Below, piece by piece: positions 1-13,017 of a DNA stretch of 64,000 nt. Every line of letters starts with the position of its first letter. Within the stretch, counting starts at the first letter, position 1. The notes under the pieces are model-generated. The model ran no database searches, was not told the origin of the DNA, and worked only from the letters and a program-made list of their open reading frames with translations. A program made the position numbers and the translations under genes. Source of the stretch: Octopus vulgaris. Lineage: Eukaryota. The DNA is taken from the NCBI GenBank assembly GCA_951406725.2, contig OX597818.1, positions 51,584,001 to 51,648,000 of the forward strand, written 5' to 3'.

Positions 1-59
1 ATCTATCTATCCATCCATCCATCCATCCATCCATCCATCCATCCATCCATCCATCCATC

Positions 60-118
<59 letters not shown>
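1..118. repeat. (ATCC)n/(ATCT)n tetranucleotide microsatellite
   Basis: Directly visible tandem ATCC then ATCT units. Confidence 0.97.
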
Positions 119-242
119 AATGGGTGCGCTTTTCGACTCGTATCAGTCTACGCACCGCCCTTAACAGGTCTGGCGGATTTCTTTCAACGTCTAGAAGTAT
201 TCTTGGGAACGTCTCGTCCATTACTCTTATCTATCTATCTAT

Positions 243-985
243 TTTATTACTCTTTTACTCTTTTATTTGTTCCAGTCATGTGACTGTGACCGACCCCAGG
301 ACTTATTCTTTGTAAGCCTAGTACTTATTCTATCTGTCTTTTTTGCCGAACCGCTAATGTTACGGGGACGTAAACACACCAGCATCGGTTGTCAAGTGAT
401 GTTGGGAGGACAAACACATACACACACACATACATATATATACATACTAGCAGTATCGCCCGGCGTTGCTCGGGTTTGTAAGGGAAATAACTATAAAGCA
501 CTTTTAGAGAGTTATAGCCAAAAAATAGCAAAAAAAAGGGAAAAAAATGATGGTAAATTTTTTTGATAGTTAAAAAGGCCGAGTTGCGTCCCCTACACCA
601 TCTGCGGTTTGTGTTTCTGATTGTCGACCCCATGTCGAATTTATCGATCTTTTTCTGAACTAGGGGAACTTTTCAAAATTTTCGCTGCGTTAGTTTTGAA
701 TTATGACATTGGGCTATGTGTGTGTCAAGTTTCATCAGAATCGGTTGAAAGCCGTGGTCAGAGTGAGGGTACAAGCAAACAGACACACAGAAACACGCAC
801 AGACAAACTGCCGTTTATATAGAGAGAGATATACGACGGGCTTCTTTCAGTTTCCGTCTACTAAATCCGCTCTCAAGGTTTTGGTCGGCCTGAGGCTATA
901 GTAGAAGAGACTTGCCCAAGGTGCCACGCATTGAGACTGAACCCGGAACCATGTGGTTGGTAAGCAAGCTACTTACCACACAGCC
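243..985 (-). mobile_element. tRNA-derived CORE-type SINE (family A), split by a Helitron inserted in its internal (CA/TA)n tract
   Basis: Reverse complement has a TGTGTGGTAAGTAGC...GGTTCAGTC pol III head, a CACCTTGGGCAAG CORE-like segment and a (GAGTAAAA)n tail. It matches many other copies in the window. Confidence 0.85.
447..829 (-). mobile_element. Non-autonomous Helitron, copy 1
   Basis: Minus strand starts TC and ends CTAG, has a subterminal hairpin CCCGAGCAACGCCGGG, is inserted between A and T, and has no TSD. Near-identical to 5807-6191 and 34011-34383. Confidence 0.88.
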
Positions 986-1024
<39 letters not shown>

Positions 1025-1049
1025 TCTATCGATTTTTTTTATTTGCAAA

Positions 1050-1385
1050 AAAAAAAGAAATATAACATGTGACTTCATTGACCGAGGTTACCGTGGTCTT
1101 TTCCTTAGGCTTTTCTTTCCAGGGGTAAACCTCACCTATCTTCCCCTTTACATTTCATATTGACATTTCTGTGATAACGATCCCTATTGATCTAATTTTT
1201 TTCCTTCCCCTCCCCCCCCCCTTAAAAAAAATTTATTTTATCCCCCCCTTTTTTTGTCCTCTTTCTTTCCATTTACGATCCCTTTTGATCGAAAACCAAA
1301 CCCCCTTATTTTACCCCCAAAAGAAAAGCTCTACTTTGTAATTTTGCCCTGTCTGTGTGCAGCCTTGTGTGGCTAATAAAGAAAC
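1050..1385 (+). mobile_element. 3' UTR fragment of a Tx1/L1-like LINE
   Basis: Ends AAGCTCTACTTTGTAATTTTGCCCTGTCTGTGTGCAGCCTTGTGTGGCTAATAAAGAAA, similar to the ends at 29557 and 31699. The latter is attached to a Tx1-like ORF. Confidence 0.55.
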
Positions 1386-1966
1386 ATATCTATAGATCGA
1401 ACTATTTATCTGTCTGTTTGTTGAAAAAATGTCCACGCGATAATGAAAGGTTCATAGAAAATGCAAAGTTCTGCACATCGTTTTCTCTTTTTTTCCTGAA
1501 AACTATAAAAAGTAATAATTTTTTTGTTTGTGTTTTAATAAAAATATAAGTGCGAGTGTACCTAGCTGGCCAATGTACTCTCCTTCGACCTTTGATTACC
1601 CTGTCAGTATGAAATGTATTGCTGTTGGATAACCCTTTCTACTGTAGGCACAATGCCTGAAAATTTTGGGGGGAGGTTTATATCGACCCCAGTGCCTAAC
1701 TGGTGTCCTTTCTGCACTGTTTTTGGTGAAGAAGCGAGTTAGACGGATCTGCTCTTCTTTGTGCCTCCTGTCGCGATGTGGGTTGACCTGGGATTTCAGG
1801 TAGAAATTTGTACAGGTGCTTTTTGAAGATTTCCACATCTGCACTTCGCAAATCTCTGACTTTGTTTAGCCAGATGTTAATACAATTGTGGTCCTCTGAA
1901 ACCCAAGCTGTTGCAGTACTGGGTCCTTATCCGAGATGAAGAAGATGAAATCTTTATTATCATGCA

Positions 1967-2370
1967 GGCGTTGGAGTGGCTGTGTGGTAAGTAGCTTGTT
2001 TACCAACCACATGGTTTTGGGTTCAGTCCCACTGCGTGGCACCTTGGGCAAGTGTCTTCTACTATAGCCTCGGGCCGACCAAAGCCTTGTGAGTAGATTT
2101 GGTAGACGGAAACTGGAAGAAGCCCGTCGTATATATGTATATATATATATGCGTGTGTGTCTGTGTTTGTCCCCGTAGCATTGCTTGACAACCGATGCTG
2201 GTGTGTTTATGTCCCCGTTACTTAGCGGTTCGGCAAAAGAGACCAATAGAATAAGTACTAGGCTTACAAAAGAATAAGTCCCGGAGTCGAGTTGCTCGAT
2301 TAAAGGCGATGCTCCAGCATGGCCGCAGTCAAATAACTGAAACAAGTAAAAGAGTAAAAGAGTAAAGAGT
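1967..2370 (+). mobile_element. Full-length CORE-type SINE (family A) nested in a LINE fragment
   Basis: GGAGTGGCTGTGTGGTAAG head, GGTTCAGTCCC B-box, CACCTTGGGCAAG core, internal (TA/TG)n, and tail GCTCCAGCATGGCCGCAGTC...AAGTAAAAGAG repeats. Confidence 0.9.
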
Positions 2371-3060
2371 ATGCAGTACCGTCCAGTTCGGTGACTGGTG
2401 TAGCTTTTAATTCCAAAGCTGGGAGCTAGACCCTCCAAGCTCTTCCAAATGTATATCACTACACATCTTTCCTGCTTTCTCTCTAATGCGTAGAGCTTTA
2501 ATTCTCGTAGCCTCTCCCAGTAGCTCATCTGTTTCACCGAGTCATTCTTCTTTGTGTAGCGGCACGAGATTGTCTCAAGTTTCGCCACCAATTTGACGCT
2601 CTGCGGCGACCACATTTAGAAGCAGGAACCCAAACGACCGAGAACACAAGTCCTTATTGTTGGTTCTCAATGATTTAAGAATCCACCCAGTTACTCACCT
2701 GCACAATGCTGCCATCTTGGTAATATGTACATGGAATGTTGCACCATTATTCATGTGGATTCCCAGATCACGCACCGATTCTAACTCTGGGATTGCATTG
2801 CTTCCTGGTCCTCTGTATTCCGATTGTAGTCTGTTTGTGGGTCGATAGTGGAGGGCTTGAAACTTATCATCATTGAACTGCATGTTATTTTCATCAGCCC
2901 AATTGTATATTGCATGCTGGTCGTTTTGCAGTTTTACTCTGTCATCGGGGTCTTTGATCGCCTTTGATACTTTTGTGTCATCAGCGTAGCAGGTGAGAGT
3001 GGCTGACTGTACGATTGAGGGAATGTCTGAGAGAACCACTACAAACAGTGGATTAATGTT
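2371..3060 (-). mobile_element. Degenerate CR1-like LINE reverse transcriptase fragment
   Basis: Translation includes TCYADDTKV (RT motif C), WADENNMQFNDDKFQ, VRDLGI, and YWERLRELKLYALE...IYIWK. Frameshifted. Confidence 0.85.
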
Positions 3061-3063
3061 TCC

Positions 3064-3151
<88 letters not shown>

Positions 3152-3186
3152 GGTGGTGGTGAGAAACAGAGAAGTCGCAGGATCAC

Positions 3187-3332
3187 TCATTTTTGCTAGC
3201 TGAGTGGACTGGAGCAACGTGAAATGAAGTGTTTTGCTCAAGAACACAACGCGTCGCCCGGTTCAGGAATCGAAACCACAATCTTACGATCATGATGCGA
3301 GACACCATAACTACTAACCCACGCGCCTCCAC
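3187..3332 (-). mobile_element. tRNA-derived SINE head (family C-related)
   Basis: Reverse complement GGAGGCGCGTGGGTTAGTAG...GGTTTCGATTCC, similar to 51953. Confidence 0.7.
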
Positions 3333-4102
3333 AACAGCAATAATACCATCAAAAATAGCCATGGCATCAATTTTCCAGGATTTACTGCAATTCAGACATA
3401 GCGCCTTGACTGTTGTAACGTTTCATCGATTCAGATGCCAGAAGCCCTTAAATTCCGTTAACATTTGACCAAATTTTTAAAAACAGTTATTTACCATTTT
3501 TGTCTAGGAATTATTACTTATAGCTGTCGGTCATGTATTTAGTTTGGTTGCATGATTTTCCGCTCACGATCCAATAGGTTTTGGTTTTAAAATCCAATTA
3601 TGGTCTTGTATCTCTTTATTAAAACTAAGAATTTTTGTTGTTGCTTTTCATTTGAACTTAATGCTGCGTTATCTTTCAAACAAGAATTGATGTTTCATCG
3701 TAAAAATATATCGTTCAAATATTAATAAAAGAAGAAAAAAAAGAAAGAGAATTATTAATATTCTGTTATTGGGTGATATCAAGAATTCAAACTAGAGTTT
3801 GTAATGTCTCCTGTCTAGGAATGAAATATTATATTCGGAATATATGTAAAACAAAGTTTCGATATAAATGTATTTAGGAATTTGTATACTGTATGTTTGT
3901 GTACACACACACGCGCGCTCGCTCGCATATATAGATACATATAATATTTTTACTAAAATGGCTTTCTGAAGCCTACATCTTATTCTGATCTTTTGTACAA
4001 TGCTGTTAAGATAGAACAAATCCTTGATAAAACAGAACAAAATATAAAAATAAAAAAATAATACAAAGCAAAAAAAAAACATAAAAAAACAGCAACAACA
4101 GT

Positions 4103-4440
4103 GGAGGCGCAATGCCCCAGTGGTTAGGCCAGCGGACTCGCGGTCGGAGGATCGCGGTTTCGATTCCCAGACCGGGCGTTGTGTGTGTTTATTGTGCGAA
4201 AATACCTAAAGCTCCACGAGGCTCCGGCCGGGGGTGGTGGCGACCCCTGTTGTACTCTTTCGCTCCAACTTTCTCTCACTCTTTCTTCCTGTTTCTTGTC
4301 CCCGACTTCCTACGCAACCGCTGAGCCTGGATGCGCATTCATCCATCCGTCGATGCTCTCGGTGACCTGCTTTCTCTTCTGCGGGTCTTACGAATAGCAA
4401 AGGACCACGTTTCGGACTTCTCCCGACGAAGACCGCTTCG
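4103..4440 (+). mobile_element. tRNA-derived SINE (family C)
   Basis: GGAGGCGCAATGCCCCAGTGGTTAGG A-box and GGTTTCGATTCCC B-box. Body shared with 13785, 19847 and 25255. Confidence 0.8.
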
Positions 4441-4919
4441 CTCAACAAACAAACAAACAGCAACAACAAAAAACAAAGAAAACCAAAATGTCTTCATCGG
4501 ACAAAAGACGGTGAGATGGCAGAATACATTCTGACAGCACGCCCGGACAAAATGTTTAGTCGCATTTCTTCCGGCTTTACGTTTAAATTTGAGTTCAAAT
4601 TCCGCCGAGGTCAAATTTGCCTTTCATTCTTTCAGGGCCGACAAAACAAGTACCAGTCAAATAATGGGGTCGATGGGTAATTAGATAGCCCCGCTCCCCC
4701 CTACCTTCAAATTTCAGACCTTGTGTTACGAGCAGAAAAAAAAACAAACAAAAAAAACGCTGGAGTGGCTGTGTGGTAAGAAGCTTGTTTCCCAACCACA
4801 TGGGTCCAGGTTCAGTCCCACTGCATGGCACCTTGGGCAAGTGTCTTCTACTATAGTCTCGGACAGACCAAAGCCTTGTGAGTGTTATACACACACGCAC
4901 AAACAGACGCGCGTATATT

Positions 4920-5302
4920 TACTCTTTTATTCTTTTACTTGTTTCAGTCATGTGATTGTGGCCATGCTGGAGCACCGCCTTTAATCGAGCAAATCGACCC
5001 CCAGGACTTATTCTTTGTACTTATTCTATCGGTCTCTTTTGCCGAACCTCTAAGTTACTGGGACGTTGTCAAGTGATATTGGGGGGACAAACACAGACAC
5101 ACAAAGATACACACATACATATATATACATATATATTCATATATACGACGGGCTTCTTTCTGTTTCCATCTACCAAATCCACTCACAAAGTTTGGGTCGG
5201 CCCGAAGCTATAGTAGAAGACACTTGCCCAAGGTGCCGCGAAGTGGGACTGAATTCGGAACCATGTGGTTCGTAAGCAAGATACTTACCACACAGTCACT
5301 CC
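4920..5302 (-). mobile_element. CORE-type SINE (family A)
   Basis: Reverse-complement match to 1967-2370. It abuts a partial plus-strand copy at ~4761-4915. Confidence 0.85.
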
Positions 5303-5806
5303 CACCAACATTTGTTGTCTACTCTGTTTAAAAATGTTAGTTTAAGTCAGTAACGTTATATTTGGAATATACCCTAATTGGCTACTTTCAGTTGTGGTTC
5401 TGATAAACTCTATGTACCTTGCCGTATGTTATGCAACCTTAGAATGGAGATTTTTCGAATCTTCTGAAGCACTTGGATACAAACAACTTATTATTCTTTA
5501 AGAAATTGTCTAATGGTAATTCAGTCGAGCATGAAACAATGAATGGAATAATTATTCAATGTTTATTTCTGTTATTCATATTTTTCTGTAAAGAAATATT
5601 GTTTGGGAGCAAATGTGAAAATAACGATTTACTTCATAGAGAGCAAGATCAAAGACACCGCGGGATGCAAGAGATATGAGATCGCCGTCTATACTTTTCT
5701 TAAGTATATCAGCAACTCGAAAGCATAATTCTGTAGACAAAAGCAATTAACAATTATTATCGGTCTGTTAATCATATACGATTATGTAAATGAGCTGTAT
5801 TAGCTA

Positions 5807-6191
5807 CTAGCAGTATCGCCCGGCGTTGCTCAGGTTTGTAAGGGAAATAACTATAAAGCATTTTTAGAGAGTTATAGCCAAAAAATAGCAAAAAAATGGG
5901 AAAAAATGATGGTAAATTTTTTTTTGAGATTTAAAAAAGGTAGAGTTGCGTCCCCTAGACAATTTGTGGTTCGTATTCCTGATTCTCGACCCCATGTCGA
6001 ATTTATCGATTTTTTTCAGAACTGGGGGAACTTTTCAAAATTTTCGCTGCGTTAGTTTTGAATTATGACATTGGGCTATGTGTGTGTCAAGTTTCATCAG
6101 AATCGGTAGAAAGCCGTGGTCAGGGTGAGGGTACAAGCAAACAGACACACAGAAACACGCACAGACAAACTGCCGTTTATATATAGAGAGA
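5807..6191 (-). mobile_element. Non-autonomous Helitron, copy 2
   Basis: A|TC...hairpin...CTAG|T on the minus strand. Homologous to 447-829. Confidence 0.88.
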
Positions 6192-6304
6192 TAAGCATTA
6201 GATTTTAATTTGTAGACTTCCGTAATGTAGTAATGTGAAATTTGGGGAAGAAATGAGCGAATTCTGATAAATTATTAAATAACTAGTCATTGCCTCGGCG
6301 AGGC

Positions 6305-7180
6305 CTAATGTTCAAAGGTCGTGCTTCACCACCTCATCCCAGGTCTTCCAGGGTCTACCTCTTCCACAGGTTCCCTCAATCGCTAGGGTGTGGTACGTTT
6401 TCACACAGCTATCCTCATCCATTCTCGCCACATGACCATACCAGCGCAATCGTCTCTCTTGCACACCACAACTGATGCTTCTTAGGTCCAACTTTTCTCT
6501 CAAGGTACTTACACTCTGTCGAGTATGTACACTGACATTACATATCCATTGGAGAATACTGGCTTCATTTCTTGGAAGCTTACACATATCCTCAGCAGTC
6601 ACGGCCCATGTTTCACTGCCATGTAGCATGGCTGTTCGTACACATGCGTCATACAGTCTGCCTTTTACTCTGAGCGCGAGGCCCTTTGTCACCAGCAGAG
6701 GTAAGAGCTCTCTGAACTTTGCCCACGCTATTCTTATTCTAGCAGTTACACTTTCAGCGTGCCCTCCCCCGCTACTGACTTGGTCACCTAGGTAACGGAA
6801 GCTATCAACTGCTTCTAGTTTTTCTCCCTGGAATGTAGCAGAAGTTGTTTTCTGCAGATTTTCAGTGTTATTTATTGCTCCAGAGCATCTGCCACATACA
6901 AAAACTATCTTCCTAGTTAGCCTTCCTTTGATATTGCTGCACATCTTATGTGTCCATAGCTTACACTGGGTACATCTTATGGAGTTTCTACCACGCCTTT
7001 TCTACAGATCGAGCAAGGGTTTGTGGTTTGTCTACCTTCTTACAGGACTTTGGTTTTAGCTAGGTTAACTCTAAGGCCCTTCGATTCTAATCCTTGCTTC
7101 AACATCTGAAACTTCTCCTCTAGTTCTGATAGTGACTCAGCAATTAGAGCAAGGTCATCAGCATAGGGGAGCTCCCAGGG
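6305..7180 (-). mobile_element. RTE-like LINE 3' fragment (RT C-terminal region)
   Basis: ORF 6312-6944 has VDSFRYLGD, RIRIAWAKFREL, MLHGSETW, RRLRWYGHVARM, GRGRPWKTW. An upstream xADDL-like motif lies near 7165. Confidence 0.88.
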
Positions 7181-7650
7181 GCATAATATATATATATTTG
7201 TAAAAAATGAAGTTCGAAAATGCTGCTATATTAGACAAATTTTTAATTTTTATATATACATTATTTATTTAACATGTTTCGTTTCTTGAAATGATGAACC
7301 TTATCAAAAAAAGTTATATATAAAAAAGATAGTTCATGCTATCAAATATAAAAAATTCATTTATAATATACAATAGAGCCAGACATCAAAAGTTCATATA
7401 TAGTGAAGTAAGTTCATGCTATATGTTTAAAGAGTATGATGCAGTGGTTCATAGTGGTCATATGCATTCAATATAAAAAATAGTTCAAAGTGGTGATATG
7501 CAGTCAATATAAAGAATTGATGTTCTTGAAAGAGCGAGGAATTCATTTTAGATTTTACTTTGAGTAACTGTGATGACTTTTGGTCGGTGTCCGCAGGACA
7601 GTTCTGGCGAACCTTGTGAATTGTTTGGGTTTTATATCACCTGTTAGGTG

Positions 7651-7754
<104 letters not shown>

Positions 7755-8019
7755 TATGGTACAAAAATACAATAGAAGACATTAAAACATTTGGACAGAT
7801 AGATGATACAAAGGCAGAGAAGACAAATAAAAAATAGAAGGACAAGCAAAGAAAAATGGGTCATTCGTGACTTTATTTCCTCAATCAAGTTCCAGAAATC
7901 ACAACTATTTCGGGCAGTTACACTTGAGATGGTTTGATCTGGTTGCCCCCCACCCAAAAGTCTTAGCTAAGAGCATTACACCCCTATATAAGAAAGCTAG
8001 TGAATGTGTGTGTATGCAT

Positions 8020-8405
8020 ACTCTTTTACTTTTTCAGTCATTTGATTGCGGCCATGATGGAGCACTGCCTTTAGTCGAGCAAATCGACCCAGGACTTCTT
8101 CTTTGTTAGCCTAGTACTTATTCTATCGGTCTCTTTTGCCGAACCGCTAAGTTATGGGGACATAAACACACTAGCATCGGTTATCAAGCGATGTTGGGGG
8201 ACAAACACAGACACACAACACACACACACATATACATATATACAATGGGCTTCTTTCAATTTCCATCAACCAAATCCACTCACAAGGCTTTGGTCGGCTC
8301 GAGGCTATAGTGGAAGATACTTGCCCAAGGTGACACGCAGTGAAATGAAACTGGAACCATGTGGTTGGTAAGCAAGCTACTTACCACACAGCCACTCCTG
8401 CACCT
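8020..8405 (-). mobile_element. CORE-type SINE (family A)
   Basis: Reverse-complement match to family A. Confidence 0.85.
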
Positions 8406-8507
8406 ATGTTTATCTATATATAATTATTTCTCGCCCACTCTCTCTCTATATATGTACATTGCATACAAATCACACGGACATATGTGTGTGAATGTACATA
8501 TATATAC

Positions 8508-8760
8508 CACATGGTTCTGAGTTCATTCTCACTGCGTGGCACCTTGGGCAAGTTTCTTCTACTATAGCCTCAGACCGATCAAAGCCTTGTGAGTAGATTT
8601 GGTAGACAGAAACTGAAAATAGCCTGTCGTATATATGTGTGTGTATATATATATATATATATATAATGTTAATCCAAACAAGAAAACAAAAAGACAACAA
8701 CGCAAGGATGTGGAACAAATAAAGTATTATTGGACGCTCAGGAAAGAAGGGAATATATAC

Positions 8761-8828
<68 letters not shown>

Positions 8829-9007
8829 CTGTGTTTGTTCCCCAACATCGCTTGACAACAGATGGTGGTGTGTTTACGTCCCCGTAACCTAGCGGTTCGG
8901 TAAAAGAGACCGATAGAATAAGTACTAGGCTTACAAAGAATAAATGCTGGGGTCGATTTACTCGAGTAAAGGCGGTGCTCCAGCATGGCCACAGTCAAAT
9001 AAAAGAG

Positions 9008-9008
<1 letters not shown>
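8508..9008 (+). mobile_element. CORE-type SINE (family A) with a foreign ~90-bp insert in its (TA)n tract
   Basis: Family A 5' half, then (TA)n, unrelated 8664-8752, (TA/TG)n, and the family A 3' half. Confidence 0.8.
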
Positions 9009-9059
<51 letters not shown>

Positions 9060-9179
9060 TTATAACCTTTATTGAAATAAAGGCATACTTAATTATTTTT
9101 TAATGAAAAGAAAACACTGATTGCTTTTTATTCAGGAGATATGATTCATCACCGTCCATTGTTTTGCTCGTTTACAATA

Positions 9180-10295
9180 AATAACGTGATATATCTCGAC
9201 TTTGCACAAACCTTTGATAAAGTCGACTATCGTATGCTACGTCGCAAGCTGCATGATCTCGGCATAGTTGGAAAACTTAAAGAATGGCTACATGACTTTT
9301 TAAAAGAGTTCAGGTAGTGGTGGCTAACGACGCCACCTCCAAGGAAACACAAATAACGAGTGGTTTCCCACAGGGCACTGTCCTGGGTGTCAATGCTATT
9401 CATGCCTCCCAATTGCCCAGATTATCACTTTGCTGGCTATGCAAGAGTCTCTCAGAGGATGCAGAGCCCTTGCGATGTTGCGCATCTGCAACAGGAGTTG
9501 GACGCAATATACAGGTGAGCTGAGGAAAATAACAAGCAGTTTGATACTGGAAAATTCCAAGCCCTGTGCTACCAACGCACAAAGCTGAATGCAAAACAGA
9601 CAGGATACACTGGCTCATGAAGAATTGCAATCCCTGAAGCAAAATCAGTGCTCAACATGAGTAATGAGCATCTTTCCAGGTGCATATTACTAAGTTGGCA
9701 ATAAGATGCTGATGGTTGGCCGGATGATTCCTTAGAACTTTCAGAACAAGAGGAGAGGAAACCATGAACAGAAAAACATCTGGAGAATATTTGTCCTCAA
9801 CCATTTAGATTACTGCTCTCAACAATGGTCACCACACAGTGTAAAATTAACGACGGAACTTGAAGCAATCCGGTGATCCTACACAAAGAAGATGAAAAAG
9901 TTAAGACTCCACTCCCTAGAACGGATGTGGGAGAGCTATGCAGTAATATACATCTGGAAAATTTTTAGAAGAACTTGTACCTAACTTTGGCATTGTAAGT
10001 TACACAGACAGCGGAAGGGGGCACCATGGCATTGTGCCAAAAATCCCAACATTTCTATGAGGATACAAGACCACATACTGCAACTGCTTGTGTTTCAAGG
10101 ACCCACAGCTCTTCAATATCCTCCCACAAAGCCTGAGAGACCCCCAAGAAGTGGATGTAGGTGTCTTTAAAACAAAAATGGATCTCCTCCTGCCAAGAGT
10201 TCCGGATGAACCTACCTCGCAGCAAGAAATTCAGATAAAGGCAGCATCAAACGCCCTCATCTACCAAATACCACATATCAGAGAAGGTTTAGTTT
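9180..10295 (+). mobile_element. Degenerate CR1-like LINE RT fragment
   Basis: IYLDFAQTFDKVD, SGFPQGTVLG, and C-terminal LFNILPQSLR...FKTKMDLLL...VPDEPT. Many stops and frameshifts. Confidence 0.85.
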
Positions 10296-10388
10296 AGTGA
10301 AAGAGTACACACACACACACACATTCTGTATGTATGTATGTATGTATGTATGTATGTATGTATGTATGTATGTATGTATGTATGTATG

Positions 10389-10432
<44 letters not shown>

Positions 10433-10436
<4 letters not shown>

Positions 10437-11734
10437 GTCGTCAAGTATGAAATTTGTAGAAAAGAAAAAATAGCTTGCTAATGTTTTATAAATACACGGA
10501 ATAACTTTATTCATCAAAGTATGCACCCGTCTTGTCAATACACTTTTGCCATTTTAGCAGTAGCTTGTCCAGCCCGGAACTGTAAAAGCCTGGCAATCGA
10601 GAGTCAATAAAATCTTGGAAGGCCTGTTTTACAGTATCAACGGAATTAGATATTTTTTCCTGTCAAAAAGTTATCATCCAAATTCTGGAAGAAGTGGTAG
10701 TCAGTGGGGGCAAGATCAGTTGAGTATGGTGGATGATGGAGAACTTCCAACTCCAATTCCTGTAGTTTCGTCAATGTCACTTTTGCGATGTGTGTTCTGG
10801 CGTTGTCTTGCAATAAAATTGGAGTGAATCTGTTGACTAATTTAAGCTGGGGTTTTTTTTTGTAAGTTTCTGCATCATTTGGTCCAGTTGGCCGCCGCAT
10901 ACTTTGGCCGTGATTGATGAGCCAAGTTTAATGAAACCATGATGGATCACACCAGCGCCAGACCACCAAACACACACCATCAGCGTCTTTTGATGAATTT
11001 TGCTTTTTGGACCGTGTTTTGATGGCTCGTCTTTGTCCGACCATTCTGCTGAACGCTTACGGTTGTTGTATTGAATCCATTTCTCATTACATGTAACAAT
11101 TCGATCAAAAAATGATTCATTTTTGTGACGAGACAGTAGCATAATGCAGGCTTCCAAACGTTGCTGTTTCTGATTTTCATCGAGTTCATGTGTAACCCAT
11201 TTATCCAACTTTTTCACTTTATCAATCTGAACTAGGTGAGTCAATATTGTTTGCTTGCTAACACCAAATAACAACAATAATTCACGGGCACTTTGAGATG
11301 GATCTGACTCGACGGAGGCTTTCAGTTCGTCATTATCCACCTTTGTTTCTAGTCGACCGCATTGCTCATTTGTGAGGTCAAAATTACCAGAACGAAATTT
11401 TGCAAACCAATTTGATACTGTCTGCTGTGTAATAACATTAGAATGAAATACTCCATTAATATTCCGAGCTGTCTGTGATGCTGTATTTCCAAGAAAGAAC
11501 TCATATTTCAAAACTGTACGAATTTCCGACTCTAAATTTCCATCTCTAAACAAAAATAGCAAAAAACGATTTATAAATACTTTTTAAAGCATAAAATAAG
11601 TTAGAATAAAGAAATAGAAGTGTCAGCTTTCTTAACAAAAAATAATGATTGCCAAAAAATAATAATGGTGCAAAATGAGTAGCTGTCAAAGTTTACCATA
11701 TACCTTTCTACAAATTTCATACATGACGACCTAA
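10433..11734 (-). mobile_element. Full-length mariner transposon (inactive)
   Basis: TIRs TTAGGTCGTCAAGTATGAAATTTGTAGAAA / TTTCTACAAATTTCATACATGACGACCTAA, flanked by TA within a (TA)n tract. About 1.3 kb. Confidence 0.95.
10545..11562 (-). pseudogene. Mariner DD34D transposase pseudogene
   Basis: WVTHEL (WVPHEL), IVTCNEKW (first catalytic D changed to N), LLQDNARTH, and HPPYSTDLAPTDYHFF. Split by frameshifts. Confidence 0.92.
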
Positions 11735-11749
11735 TATATATATACATAC

Positions 11750-11824
<75 letters not shown>

Positions 11825-11828
11825 CATA

Positions 11829-12150
11829 CACAAGGAGGTGCTAAAAAGTTCTTGGATTTAGGTAAAAGAAAATACAGGAGGATCAGTTAATTATGATTTT
11901 CTTCAACATTTTCCTCTCTCAGATCCACATACTTATTGTAGTGGTCCTTAGGCTTTTGTAAGCTCCGTAAAAAGAACTCGGAAGGTTGGAGCTCCAACCA
12001 GATCTCTGTAGCAGCGATCACTTCCAAATTTGAATGAGATTTTGGTCCTTTGAGATGTTACTTCAGTTGTGGAAAGTGGTGATAGTCGGAGAGGACCAAG
12101 TTAGGAGTTTAAGGTGGTTGGTCTACCAATCTGAAGCCAGTGTCACGTAT
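11829..12150. mobile_element. Degraded mariner-like fragment
   Basis: Mariner-like end (CAAGGAGGTGCTAAAAAGTTC) and a decayed SPDxxxxxF-like motif near 12080. Only one end recognised. Confidence 0.45.
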
Positions 12151-12261
12151 TTTCTGTAGAGTTTCAATTGCTAAATTCATGTAAAGTCTTTACGTTCTGA
12201 GTTCAACTTCGGCCGGGGTCGATTTTGCCTTTCAGCCTTTTATGAGTCGATAAAATAAGTA

Positions 12262-12744
12262 CCGTAAATCCTCGAGTATAATCCGCATTTTTTCCCCCCA
12301 AAATTTAAAGGTCAAAATTCCTAGTGCGTACAATATACGAGGTTAAAAATGAAAATTATTTTCTAAGCAATGTCCGAGTCTCTATTTGCTGTTCGGCAAT
12401 GTTTATTCAGACGCATTTTGTGATGTTGGGCGCGAAAATACCTTAAATCATCCATAACTTGCAGTTAGCAACATTTATTAAACGTTATTACTGTTATTTC
12501 TTTATTTTCTGCAAACAAAATGCACAAAAAAAGCTACACGTTTGCATTATGTTATATATACAATAATAATAAAGGACGTTACCGTATACAGTTTTACAAA
12601 CCAAGGACGTTATATAGCCCTCCTTGACTCAAGTTAGAGAAGAGGTGCGTATTATACACAAGGTTTAGGTTTTTCAGAGGTACAACCCCCTAAAATTCTC
12701 CTGCGTATTATACTCAAGGGCGGACTATACTCGAGGATTTATGG
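12262..12744. mobile_element. pogo/Tc2-type MITE inserted in a family B SINE
   Basis: TIRs CCGTAAATCCTCGAGTATAATCCGC / GCGGACTATACTCGAGGATTTATGG with TA on both sides. Confidence 0.88.
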
Positions 12745-12973
12745 TATCTGTTGAACGATGGGGTCAGTGTAATTGACTTACCCCCTCCCTTGAACTTCCT
12801 AGATCTGTGCCAAAATTTTAAACAAATATTCTACTAAGGTTTCTGACGCACAAACTGAAGATGTAACCGAAATTTAGCAGATTGATTCTTTCAGGTTGCA
12901 TACCTGGAGCAGTGGTAAAGAAAAAAAAAAAAAAAAAAGGAGAGACACACAAAAAAGAAAGAAGAAAGCAAAG

Positions 12974-13017
12974 GACCACTGATGAGGTCACAGGAGTGTG
13001 ACGAAAGAACTCTGGCC
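12974..13017 (+). ncRNA. Minimal type I hammerhead ribozyme motif in a PLE-like short repeat
   Basis: CCA-CTGATGA-G-GTCACA(GGAG)TGTGAC-GAAA-G(AA)CTC-TGG: stem I, core, stem II, GAAA, minimal stem III, CUC triplet. Confidence 0.65.

Noticed and set aside
4103-4175. tRNA-like sequences at SINE heads (also 13785, 19847, 25570, 51953, 54140)
   Set aside because: A/B boxes are present, but the acceptor stem is not closed and the sequence continues into SINE bodies. These are not tRNA genes.
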